DNA of 10,301 bases, from NCBI GenBank assembly GCA_034440375.1, contig JAWXBZ010000055.1, positions 1 to 10,301 on the forward strand, given 5' to 3'. The notes beneath the pieces are model-generated. The model ran no database searches and was not told the origin of the DNA. It saw nothing but the letters and a program-made list of their open reading frames with translations. The DNA is from Candidatus Eiseniibacteriota bacterium. GTDB taxonomy: Bacteria; Eisenbacteria; RBG-16-71-46; JABDJR01; JAWXBZ01. This document shows, piece after piece, positions 1-6,969 of the stretch (the first letter of the stretch is position 1; every line of letters begins with the position of its first letter). The translations under genes and the position numbers were made by a program.

Positions 1-517
1 CGCCCTGTCGGGCCTGCAACGGCCGGGCGAATACTTGAAGGAAGTGGGGAGAGCGCTGCACGCCCCGATCAAATCGTTCGGCCTCCTGCGCGAATTCGCC
101 GGCAAGCACATTCAACGGGCCGTCCAACCGCCGCCCATCAAGCACGCGGCCGCGCCGCTGACACGGGATGCCGAACGGCTGTCGCGCCTCACGATGGCTT
201 TCGCCGACCAGTGCGAAGCCGTTCTTCGCCGTCACGGCAAGTCGATCGTCGAGCGCGAGTATCTCCAGAAGCGCCTGGCCGACGCCGCCATCGATCTGTA
301 CGCCGTCTCGGCGTCCATCTCCCGCGCCACCGCCCGCATCGAATCAGCGGGGGAAGAAGGCGCCGCCGACCACGTCCGGCTGGCTCACACCTTCACCAAC
401 CTCGCCGTCCGCCGCATTCGACGCAATCTCCGCATGATCGACCAGAACTCCGACCGCCGTTTCCACGACATCGCCGGCTGGCTGCGCGAGCGCGGGGAGT
501 ACCGACTGGAGAGTTAG
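1..517 (+). CDS. Acyl-CoA dehydrogenase, ACAD9/VLCAD-like C-terminal part (5' partial)
   Basis: Frame is open from base 2 (ALSGLQRPGEYLKEVGRAL...), so the TTG at 35 is internal. The segment 'LRRHGKSIVEREYLQKRLADAAIDLYAVSASISRA' matches the C-terminal extension of VLCAD/ACAD9-type dehydrogenases. Stop TAG at 515-517. Confidence 0.88.
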   Translation, partial: ALSGLQRPGEYLKEVGRALHAPIKSFGLLREFAGKHIQRAVQPPPIKHAAAPLTRDAERLSRLTMAFADQCEAVLRRHGKSIVEREYLQKRLADAAIDLYAVSASISRATARIESAGEEGAADHVRLAHTFTNLAVRRIRRNLRMIDQNSDRRFHDIAGWLRERGEYRLES

Positions 518-957
518 ATGCTTGCGCCGGCGGTGGCCGCTTCGGGCATCCTGAAGAACCGCATCAGTTTGTTCGAGGTGTCGTTCCAGAATTCAACCTG
601 TTCGACGGTAACCTTCAGGATGGGACCCCACAGTTCTTTTGACTTTCGTCGGTCAAACACCAGTTGCGCCGTTCCGAAAATGGACACATACCGATTCTTC
701 CGGCGGAGAGCGTAGCTGAGGTGTACGCGGCTCGAACGAGGAATTTCATCGACGTTCCTGGAATCGACAGCCGTGAAGTACCAGAGATCGCCCTCGGGTT
801 TGAGCTGTTGCGTCGACATGGGCCGACTACTGATTGTGCCGTCTTCTTCGAGGGTTGTGAACATGCAGATGTCCATTTCCTCGATCAACCGGCGTAACTT
901 GGAGATCTGGCCATTTGAGGCCATCGACATGTCCATGGCTGCTTCCATCACTTTCAC
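514..957 (-). CDS. General stress protein 26 / pyridoxamine 5'-phosphate oxidase-like FMN-binding split-barrel protein (possibly internally deleted)
   Basis: Motifs 'ICMFTT..DG.ISSRPMSTQ', 'GDLWYFT', 'YVSIFGTAQLV.D...KELW', 'LKVTVEQVEFW' are typical of the family. GTG at 957 overlaps the upstream stop (GTGA); the true start could be a nearby in-frame ATG. Confidence 0.85.
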   Translation of the reverse strand: MKVMEAAMDMSMASNGQISKLRRLIEEMDICMFTTLEEDGTISSRPMSTQQLKPEGDLWYFTAVDSRNVDEIPRSSRVHLSYALRRKNRYVSIFGTAQLVFDRRKSKELWGPILKVTVEQVEFWNDTSNKLMRFFRMPEAATAGASI

Positions 958-1229
958 CCGTGTACTTTATCGGACCCGGCCACCTTGACAATCTTGTTGT
1001 AGACCCCCATGAGAAGAAGAGGCGCAGCCAACTGTCCGACAAAGAGGGCGCTCTCTTCCTTCCTGGTCTGGTGCAAGATCAGCGAAATTCCCAGAGCGCC
1101 CAATGCGGCCCACAAGAACAGGTCAGAGGGCAGCTTTGCCGTCTGATCCTCGATCTTTCGGGCCACCTCGCCCTCCACGTGCTTGCCGTCGACTCCCAGT
1201 AATCCTGTGCTATCCAACAGTGATTTCAT
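954..1229 (-). CDS. Small conserved hypothetical membrane protein (91 aa)
   Basis: ATG at 1229 preceded by AAAGGAGA. The sequence 'EGEVARKIEDQTAKLPSDLFLWAALG...ALFVGQLAAPLLLMGVYNKIVK' has two hydrophobic stretches and resembles a widespread uncharacterised small-protein family. Its stop overlaps the next start. Confidence 0.85.
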   Translation of the reverse strand: MKSLLDSTGLLGVDGKHVEGEVARKIEDQTAKLPSDLFLWAALGALGISLILHQTRKEESALFVGQLAAPLLLMGVYNKIVKVAGSDKVHG

Positions 1230-1275
1230 CACATTCTCCTTTGTCGTTTGGGTTACAACTTCGCAGTCGCATGGC

Positions 1276-1291
1276 AGCAAGAGGCGTGCCG
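1276..1291 (-). promoter_or_regulatory. Sigma54 (-24/-12) promoter for the 1229->514 operon
   Basis: Minus strand reads CGGCACGCCTCTTGCT versus consensus TGGCACG-N4-TTGCW, with exact GG-N10-GC spacing. Predicted TSS about 1265, about 36 nt before the ATG at 1229. Confidence 0.78.
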
Positions 1292-1431
1292 CGACCGCGG
1301 AGAGACGGCAAAGTCTGAGGGCGGTCCAGAGAGCCGCGTGACGTCCCGTTGAGCCTGGCGCCCTCGCGTGGAGGGAAGAAGTGGGTATCCGGCCAGGCGG
1401 GGCAAAGCTTCAACCGATGGAAAGAAGTACT

Positions 1432-1446
1432 GGGGATGAGATCCCC
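1432..1446. promoter_or_regulatory. Inverted repeat GGGGAT-GAG-ATCCCC (weak terminator of the DUF4126-like gene or an activator site)
   Basis: Perfect 6-bp arms with a 3-nt loop. On the minus strand it is followed after 5 nt by TTCTTT. It lies about 170 bp upstream of the predicted sigma54 TSS. Confidence 0.3.
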
Positions 1447-1520
1447 TCGAGGCCGGTCGGCACCCTAATTGTTCCCGCCCATTTCCCCGTTCGACCCGCT
1501 TGCCCGATTTGCCTGTTCGA

Positions 1521-2102
1521 TCACGTCCTCGGCGGTATCTGAACCGCCTGCCGCCGCCCCGCCCACCACCGCGCGATTCCGATCGGCATGCCGATCAGCA
1601 GTACGATCAATGCCAGCGGGATCAGGATGGCCAGGATGGTGGCGACCAGCGACAGCGTATCTTCGATCAGTGAGACGATGGGATTTCCGACGCCGCCCGT
1701 GGTGGCGGTGACCAGGGGGCGGAAGAGGCTTTTGGCGCCGTGGACGGAGCCGGCGGTCAGGAAGCCGAGGGCGAGCGAGAGGCGGCTGTCGAGGCCGTCG
1801 ATCACGCCGCTACCCGCGGCGAAGAGGACGGCGCCGGCCAGCGGTCGGATGACGGTCTGGATGATGTCGTTGGCGTGGTCGACCAGCGGGATCTTGTCGG
1901 CGGCCAGTTCGATGACGAGCATGACGGAGGCGACGATCAGGAACCAGTCGCTGGCGAGGAAGGCGAATTGGGGTGACAGCTCAATCCAGCCGCCGGGCAG
2001 CCACCGGGCCGCGGCGCCAACCAGCACCACGGGAATCCAGGCATTGAGTCCGGCCGCCACCGCCAGGCCGAAGGCACCCAGAAGAGCGCTGATCAGGTCC
2101 AT
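1521..2102 (-). CDS. DUF4126-like integral membrane protein
   Basis: Motifs 'GLAVAAGLNAWIP', 'ELAADKIPLVDHAND', 'IRPLAGA', 'RPLVTATTGGVGNPIVSLIED'. RBS GGGAGGGG upstream of the ATG. Confidence 0.88.
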   Translation of the reverse strand: MDLISALLGAFGLAVAAGLNAWIPVVLVGAAARWLPGGWIELSPQFAFLASDWFLIVASVMLVIELAADKIPLVDHANDIIQTVIRPLAGAVLFAAGSGVIDGLDSRLSLALGFLTAGSVHGAKSLFRPLVTATTGGVGNPIVSLIEDTLSLVATILAILIPLALIVLLIGMPIGIARWWAGRRQAVQIPPRT

Positions 2103-2312
2103 CTTGCCCCTCCCATGTCGATGCGACTTTCGCCCGTTTCCCCGAAACCGAAACCGGGTGAGTGTACGCCCGAGGGCCCGACCGGTTGCGCCTTATGGCC
2201 GCCGGTGCCCTTGGGGCCATTTGACCCGGTGTGACGGAATGTTCTCAGGCCTCCGGGCTGTCGGCCGATAACCCACGGAGAACCACCCGCTGGCATCAAC
2301 CGGAGGCCTGAC

Positions 2313-2672
2313 ATGAAATTTCTATTTTTCGGGTTTGTTTTCGCCGGCTCGATATTCCTGGCCAGCATGTTCTATGGCCCGATCATCAAGAACCACATGC
2401 TCGAAGGCAAAATGATCAAATTGGCCAACGAGCGCCGGCTGAAGGACGACTTTTACCTCCTGCGCGACCTGACATCTTACATCGAAGAGAACGACATCCC
2501 GCTGAAGGCGGAACAGATCTCGTTCCAGCGGCCGTCACCCAAGGAAGTGATCATCAGCGCGAAGTACAAGGTCCACTGCAAGTTCTACTTCCTCGAGAAA
2601 AAGTACGTCTTCAAGCCGACCACGGTGAACGAGATCAACCACGGCCTTGTTCCGGACTTCGCCGCCTACTGA
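2313..2672 (+). CDS. Hypothetical single-pass membrane/exported protein (DUF4845/pilin-like architecture possible)
   Basis: GGAGG RBS at 2302-2306, N-terminal hydrophobic helix, then a helical and a beta-strand-like segment. GC3-biased codons support coding. Confidence 0.7.
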   Translation: MKFLFFGFVFAGSIFLASMFYGPIIKNHMLEGKMIKLANERRLKDDFYLLRDLTSYIEENDIPLKAEQISFQRPSPKEVIISAKYKVHCKFYFLEKKYVFKPTTVNEINHGLVPDFAAY

Positions 2673-2704
2673 TTCTCGCTGCCCCCCTGTGGCAGAATGA
2701 GGGG

Positions 2705-3769
2705 GTGAACCCGAGACGTTCCGCCCGCAGCCGCCCCGGCAGTCGGGCCGTGCCCTTGAAAGACGAGACGGCACCCACCCGTGAAACGGTCGACGCCCGC
2801 AAGTCGGGCGGCGCGGGCAGCCCCATCATCGTCGGGGCCAGCGTTCGGATGCAGCGCATCTACAACCTGATCGCGCGCATCGCCCCGACCGATTCCAGCG
2901 TCCTGATCGCGGGAGAAAGTGGCACCGGCAAGGAGCTCGTGGCCCGATCCATTCACCTTCAGAGCCGCCGGGCCGATCAGCCATTCATGGCCGTGAACTG
3001 CGGCGCCCTTCCCGAGAACCTTCTTGAAAGTGAACTCTTCGGTCACGTTCGCGGCGCCTTCACCGGCGCCTGGATCGACAAGAAGGGGCTCTTCGACCAG
3101 GCCGACCACGGCACGCTCTTCCTGGACGAGGTTGGTGAGATGTCGCCGGCCAGCCAGGTCAAGCTGCTTCGCGTGCTCCAGGATAACGAGTTCCGCCGGG
3201 TTGGCGGCAACACGACGCTCAAGGTCGATGTCCGTATCCTGGCTGCCACCAATCGGGACCTGCGACAGGCGATGAAAGTCGGTCAATTCCGGGAAGACCT
3301 GTATTACCGGCTCAATGTTTTCCAACTGGACCTGCCGCCGCTGCGTGAGCGGGGCGAGGACATCCCCCTCCTCGCGCACTACTTCCTGGACCTCTACTCC
3401 CGAAGGCTCGGCAAGACCATCCGGCAGTTCGATTCCAAGGCGATGTACCAATTGACGCACTACCCGTGGCCGGGAAACGTCCGCGAGCTGGAAAACATCA
3501 TCCAGCGAGCGACGGCTTTATCCGAGGACGACGAGATCCAGGTGGCCGACCTGCCGCGTCACCTGCGGGAGGCGACCATGCCCCAGATCGGTGCGCCATC
3601 GAGCCCGCCGCTGGTCCTTCCGGAGGGGCTCCGCCTGGAGGAGCTCGAACGACTTTATATTGAGCAGACTTTGGCCCGGGTGGATGGAAATGTGAGCCGC
3701 ACGGCGAGGCTCCTTGGTATCTCAAGGTCGACAATGTGGCGCAAAATGAAGCAATTTGGGCTTGAATGA
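2705..3769 (+). CDS. Sigma54-dependent transcriptional activator (bEBP: AAA+ domain plus Fis-type HTH) lacking an N-terminal sensory domain
   Basis: Walker [22 protein letters not shown], Walker [29 protein letters not shown] and C-terminal HTH '[22 protein letters not shown]'. Only about 40 low-complexity residues precede the AAA+ domain. Start codon uncertain. Confidence 0.95.
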   Translation: MNPRRSARSRPGSRAVPLKDETAPTRETVDARKSGGAGSPIIVGASVRMQRIYNLIARIAPTDSSVLIAGESGTGKELVARSIHLQSRRADQPFMAVNCGALPENLLESELFGHVRGAFTGAWIDKKGLFDQADHGTLFLDEVGEMSPASQVKLLRVLQDNEFRRVGGNTTLKVDVRILAATNRDLRQAMKVGQFREDLYYRLNVFQLDLPPLRERGEDIPLLAHYFLDLYSRRLGKTIRQFDSKAMYQLTHYPWPGNVRELENIIQRATALSEDDEIQVADLPRHLREATMPQIGAPSSPPLVLPEGLRLEELERLYIEQTLARVDGNVSRTARLLGISRSTMWRKMKQFGLE

Positions 3770-3774
3770 CCCGC

Positions 3775-3787
3775 TAACTTATTGATT
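3775..3787 (-). promoter_or_regulatory. IHF-binding consensus
   Basis: Minus strand AATCAATAAGTTA matches WATCAANNNNTTR exactly, at the edge of the AT-rich intergenic region. Confidence 0.55.
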
Positions 3788-3798
3788 TTCGGTCGAGC

Positions 3799-3859
3799 TG
3801 ATTCAATCTGGATCATGAATTGCTTTAAAGTGAAACACTTTTTGATATCACTTGAACAG
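3799..3859. promoter_or_regulatory. Putative upstream activator sequences: three 17-bp TG-N3-CA-N3-TG-N3-CA-type sites at 22-bp period
   Basis: TGATTCA-ATC-TGGATCA (3799-3815), TGCTTTA-AAG-TGAAACA (3821-3837) and the more degenerate TGATATC-ACT-TGAACAG (3843-3859). They lie about 110-175 bp upstream of the predicted sigma54 TSS. Confidence 0.55.
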
Positions 3860-3945
3860 ATCCAGAGACCTGACGATCCTACTAGAGCATCTATCTAATT
3901 AATTTAAAACAACTTATAGCCGCAGATCACTATCAAAAGCAGCTC

Positions 3946-3961
3946 TGGCACACTCCCTGCG
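3946..3961 (+). promoter_or_regulatory. Sigma54 (-24/-12) promoter of the hsp20-dnaK cluster
   Basis: TGGCACACTCCCTGCG has GG at 3947-3948 and GC at 3959-3960 (GG-N10-GC). Predicted TSS about 3972, 48 nt before the hsp20 ATG. A bEBP gene, UAS-like sites and an IHF consensus lie upstream. Confidence 0.72.
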
Positions 3962-4019
3962 TTGTCACACTCCCAGTGCTGCACTAGTTTAGCAAGGCCC
4001 ATTCTGGAGGTGTTTCAAA

Positions 4020-4460
4020 ATGACGCTTGTCCGTTACCGCCCCTTTGGGGGTACGCTGCCTGTGTCCGAGGAAGTGAACCAGATGCTCGAATCCTTCTTC
4101 GCCGGTCCGGGTGCCCGTCCAGTCCGTCGGGTGGCCTGGTCCCCACCCTCGGATGTTCGTGAGACCGAGACCCATTTTGTCGTGCGAGCTGAAGTACCGG
4201 GCGTCGGCAAGGATTCGATCACGATCAACCTGACCAACAATACGCTCGTCATCAAGGGCGAGAAGAAACAGGAGCTTGACGAGACGAAGGGGCAGTGGCA
4301 CCACACCGAGCGGACCTGGGGTTCGTTCGAGCGGAGCATCACCCTGCCAACCCGGGTGAACGGTGAGCAGATCACCGCACGCTGCATCGATGGCGTCCTC
4401 GAAATCACGATTCCAAAGGCCGACGAGGCCAGGCCGCGCGAGATCAAGATCGAGGCGTAG
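4020..4460 (+). CDS. Small heat-shock protein, Hsp20/alpha-crystallin family
   Basis: 'WSPPSDVRETETHFVVRAEVPGV', 'LVIKGEKK', 'ERTWGSFERSITLP', 'DGVLEITIPK' and C-terminal IXI motif (IKI). RBS GGAGG at 4006-4010. Confidence 0.96.
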   Translation: MTLVRYRPFGGTLPVSEEVNQMLESFFAGPGARPVRRVAWSPPSDVRETETHFVVRAEVPGVGKDSITINLTNNTLVIKGEKKQELDETKGQWHHTERTWGSFERSITLPTRVNGEQITARCIDGVLEITIPKADEARPREIKIEA

Positions 4461-4492
4461 GATCCAACTCAACGCTCGACCCTGACAAACGA

Positions 4493-4524
4493 GAGGCGGC
4501 CGGCAGCGTCCGGTCGCCTCCTTT
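4493..4524 (+). terminator. GC-rich stem-loop between hsp20 and dnaK (partial terminator or mRNA stabiliser)
   Basis: GAGGCGGCCGG-CAGCGT-CCGGTCGCCTC forms an 11-bp stem with one G-U pair, followed by a short CTTT tail. Confidence 0.5.
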
Positions 4525-4563
4525 ACATATATCCGCACACTGGACTGAAACGAGGGAAATGAC

Positions 4564-6456
4564 ATGGGAAAGATCATCGGCATCGACCTGGGCACCACCA
4601 ATTCATGCGTGTCCGTGATGGAAGGCGGCGAACCGGTCGTGATTCCGAACTCGGAAGGCGCCCGCACCACGCCGTCCGTCGTCGCATTCACGAAATCGGG
4701 TGAGCGACTGGTGGGCCAGCAGGCCAAGCGCCAGGCCGTCACCAACCCGAAAAATACGGTCTATTCGATCAAGCGCTTCATGGGTCGGGCCTACGATGAA
4801 GTCGGTGGCGAGATCAAGGAAGTTCCCTACGAGGTTACCAAGGGCGCCAACGGTCAGGTGGCGGTCAAGATCGGCGACAAGGAGTACACGCCTGCTGAAC
4901 TCTCGGCCATAATTTTAATGAAGATGAAGCAGACAGCCGAGGATTACCTGGGCCAGAAGGTGACCGAGGCGGTCATCACCGTTCCCGCCTACTTCAACGA
5001 CACACAGCGCCAGGCCACCAAGGACGCCGGTCGAATCGCCGGGCTCGACGTCAAGCGCATCATCAATGAGCCGACGGCCGCCGCGCTCGCTTACGGGCTG
5101 GACAAGAAGAAGAACGAGATCGTGGCGGTCTACGATCTGGGTGGCGGCACGTTCGACATCTCGGTTCTCGAAATCTCGGAAGACGGCGTTTTCCAGGTCA
5201 AGTCGACCAACGGCGACACCCACCTGGGCGGCGACGACTTCGACCAGCGGATCATCGATTGGCTGGCGGACGAATTCAAGAAGCTCGAGGGGATCGACCT
5301 CCGAAACGATGCCATGGCCCTGCAGCGGCTCAAGGAAGCGGCAGAAAAAGCCAAGATCGAGCTCTCGTCCTCGATGCAGACCGACATCAATCTGCCGTTC
5401 ATCACGGCCGATCAGAACGGCCCCAAGCATCTGAACCTGGCATTGACGCGCGCGCGGTTGGAGCAACTCGTGGCCGACCTCGTTGAGGGCACCGCCGAAC
5501 CGTGCCGGAAGGCCATGGCCGACGCCAAGGTCACCGCCAGCCAGATCGACGAGGTCATTCTCGTCGGCGGATCGACGCGCATGCCAAAGGTGCAGGAACT
5601 GGTCAAGAAGCTGTTCGAGAAGGAGCCCCACAAGGGGGTCAACCCGGACGAGGTGGTGGCGGTGGGCGCGGCCATTCAGGGCGCCGTGCTGGCGGGGGAC
5701 GTCAAGGATGTTCTCCTTCTGGATGTGACGCCGCTGTCGCTGGGCATCGAGACGCTGGGCGGTGTGTTCACGCGGCTCATCGACCGCAACACGACGATCC
5801 CGACCAAGAAGATGGAGACCTTTTCCACGGCCGCCGACAGCAAGACCGCCGTCGATATCAAGGTGTTCCAGGGTGAGCGTGAGATGGCTGCCAGCAACAA
5901 GCAGATCGGCCACTTCCAGCTTGATGGAATTCCGCCCGCCCCGCGCGGCATGCCGCAGGTCGAAGTGACGTTCGACATCGATGCCAACGGCATCCTGTCG
6001 GTGTCGGCCCGGGACAAGGCCACCAACAAGGAGCAGAGCATCAAGATCCAGGCCTCGTCCGGCCTGACCGAGGACGAGATCAAGAACATGGTCCGGGACG
6101 CCGAGTCCCATTCCGTTGAGGACAAGCAGCGGCGCGCGGAGATCGAGGCCCGCAACAAGGCGGACAGCCTGGCCTACGAGACCGAAAAGCAGCTCAAGGA
6201 GTCGGGTGACAAGCTCGACGCCGACACGAAGGCCAAAGTCGAGGCCGCCGTGGCGCGCCTGCGCGAAGCGCTGAAGACCGACAACGTCGAAGAGATCAAC
6301 TCAGCGGCGGAGAGCCTGACGATGATCTGGCACGAGGCCGCCGAGAAGATGTACAAGTCGGCCGGTACCGGACCGGGCGGCCCGGGACCGGATGGCGATG
6401 CCAGCACTCCGCCGAAAGACAAGCCGGTCGATGCCGATTTCGAGGTGGTCGACTAG
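4564..6456 (+). CDS. dnaK: Molecular chaperone DnaK (Hsp70)
   Basis: '[12 protein letters not shown]', '[10 protein letters not shown]', '[13 protein letters not shown]', linker '[13 protein letters not shown]' and C-terminal 'VDADFEVVD'. Carries the N-terminal insert typical of diderm DnaK. Confidence 0.99.
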   Translation: MGKIIGIDLGTTNSCVSVMEGGEPVVIPNSEGARTTPSVVAFTKSGERLVGQQAKRQAVTNPKNTVYSIKRFMGRAYDEVGGEIKEVPYEVTKGANGQVAVKIGDKEYTPAELSAIILMKMKQTAEDYLGQKVTEAVITVPAYFNDTQRQATKDAGRIAGLDVKRIINEPTAAALAYGLDKKKNEIVAVYDLGGGTFDISVLEISEDGVFQVKSTNGDTHLGGDDFDQRIIDWLADEFKKLEGIDLRNDAMALQRLKEAAEKAKIELSSSMQTDINLPFITADQNGPKHLNLALTRARLEQLVADLVEGTAEPCRKAMADAKVTASQIDEVILVGGSTRMPKVQELVKKLFEKEPHKGVNPDEVVAVGAAIQGAVLAGDVKDVLLLDVTPLSLGIETLGGVFTRLIDRNTTIPTKKMETFSTAADSKTAVDIKVFQGEREMAASNKQIGHFQLDGIPPAPRGMPQVEVTFDIDANGILSVSARDKATNKEQSIKIQASSGLTEDEIKNMVRDAESHSVEDKQRRAEIEARNKADSLAYETEKQLKESGDKLDADTKAKVEAAVARLREALKTDNVEEINSAAESLTMIWHEAAEKMYKSAGTGPGGPGPDGDASTPPKDKPVDADFEVVD

Positions 6457-6511
6457 CGTTCGAGCGAGTGCCCGTGTATCACCGGCATCGTCCCAATTGA
6501 CAATCAGGATG

Positions 6512-6549
6512 GCGGGCGGGGCTCCGATGGGGGTTCCGCCCGCTCTTTT
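6512..6549 (+). terminator. Rho-independent terminator-like hairpin after dnaK
   Basis: GCGGGCGGGGCTCC-GATG-GGGGTTCCGCCCGC forms a 14-bp stem with three G-U pairs, followed by TCTTTT. Confidence 0.72.
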
Positions 6550-6564
6550 CGGGGAGGATCGATC

Positions 6565-6954
6565 ATGCTCGTACGGTTGATGGTGTCGTGGATTCATCCC
6601 CAGGTGATGGTGTTCCTGGGCAAGGTCAAAAATCCGGCAACGGACACGATGGAACGGAATCTTGATGCGGCCCGGACGTTGATTGACGTCCTGGCCGAGC
6701 TGCAGACGAAAACCGAGGGACGCCTCGATGCCGAAGATCAGCGCCATCTCCAGTACGTCCTGACCGAGCTGCGAATGAACTGGGTCGATGAGTTGGCGAA
6801 GGGTGAGGCGGCGGTGGATGGGGGCGCAGGGGAAGCCCCGGCCGAGCCGGTCCCCGAAGTGTCACCTGAGCCCTCGGTCGAGGCGGCCCCGGAAACGTCG
6901 CCCGAGCCTTCGGCCGAAGCGGCCCCCAAGGCTCCGCCACTGGCGCCCGAATGA
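6565..6954 (+). CDS. DUF1844-like protein with Pro/Glu/Ala-rich C-terminal tail
   Basis: 'LGKVKNPAT...NLDAARTLIDVLAELQTKTEGRLDAED...L..VLTELRMNWV' fits the DUF1844 pattern (LG..NP..G...L..A...ID.L..L..KT.GNL..EE). RBS GGGGAGGA at 6551-6558. Confidence 0.85.
   Translation: MLVRLMVSWIHPQVMVFLGKVKNPATDTMERNLDAARTLIDVLAELQTKTEGRLDAEDQRHLQYVLTELRMNWVDELAKGEAAVDGGAGEAPAEPVPEVSPEPSVEAAPETSPEPSAEAAPKAPPLAPE
6853..6924 (+). repeat. Two imperfect 36-bp coding repeats (PEVSPEPSVEAA / PETSPEPSAEAA)
   Basis: Units at 6853-6888 and 6889-6924 share 10 of 12 residues. Confidence 0.75.
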
Positions 6955-6969
6955 GTATGATGGTGGAAC

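Noticed and set aside
1458-1473. Plus-strand sigma54-like CGGCACCCTAATTGTT
   Set aside because: The conserved -12 GC is GT, and it would only transcribe antisense to the DUF4126-like gene.
2666-3460. 264-aa antisense ORF opposite the bEBP
   Set aside because: Shadow of the conserved AAA+ coding frame; no motifs of its own.
3770-3945. AT-rich segment as a horizontally acquired island, replication origin or sRNA
   Set aside because: Short and adequately explained by enhancer/IHF/promoter architecture; no mobility genes, att sites or terminator-bounded structure.
3946-3995. CIRCE (HrcA operator) suggested by GCAC/AGTGCT words
   Set aside because: No TTAGCACTC-N9-GAGTGCTAA arrangement. The half-site-like words have the wrong order and spacing.
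4915-6111. 398-aa antisense ORF opposite dnaK (and 3984..4745 opposite hsp20/dnaK)
   Set aside because: Long antisense ORFs opposite hsp70 genes are a well-known by-product of codon bias in GC-rich genomes (often mis-annotated as NAD-specific glutamate dehydrogenase). No independent evidence of coding.
6497-6525. TTGACA perfect -35 box after dnaK
   Set aside because: No -10 element at 16-18 bp; the position falls inside the GC-rich terminator stem.
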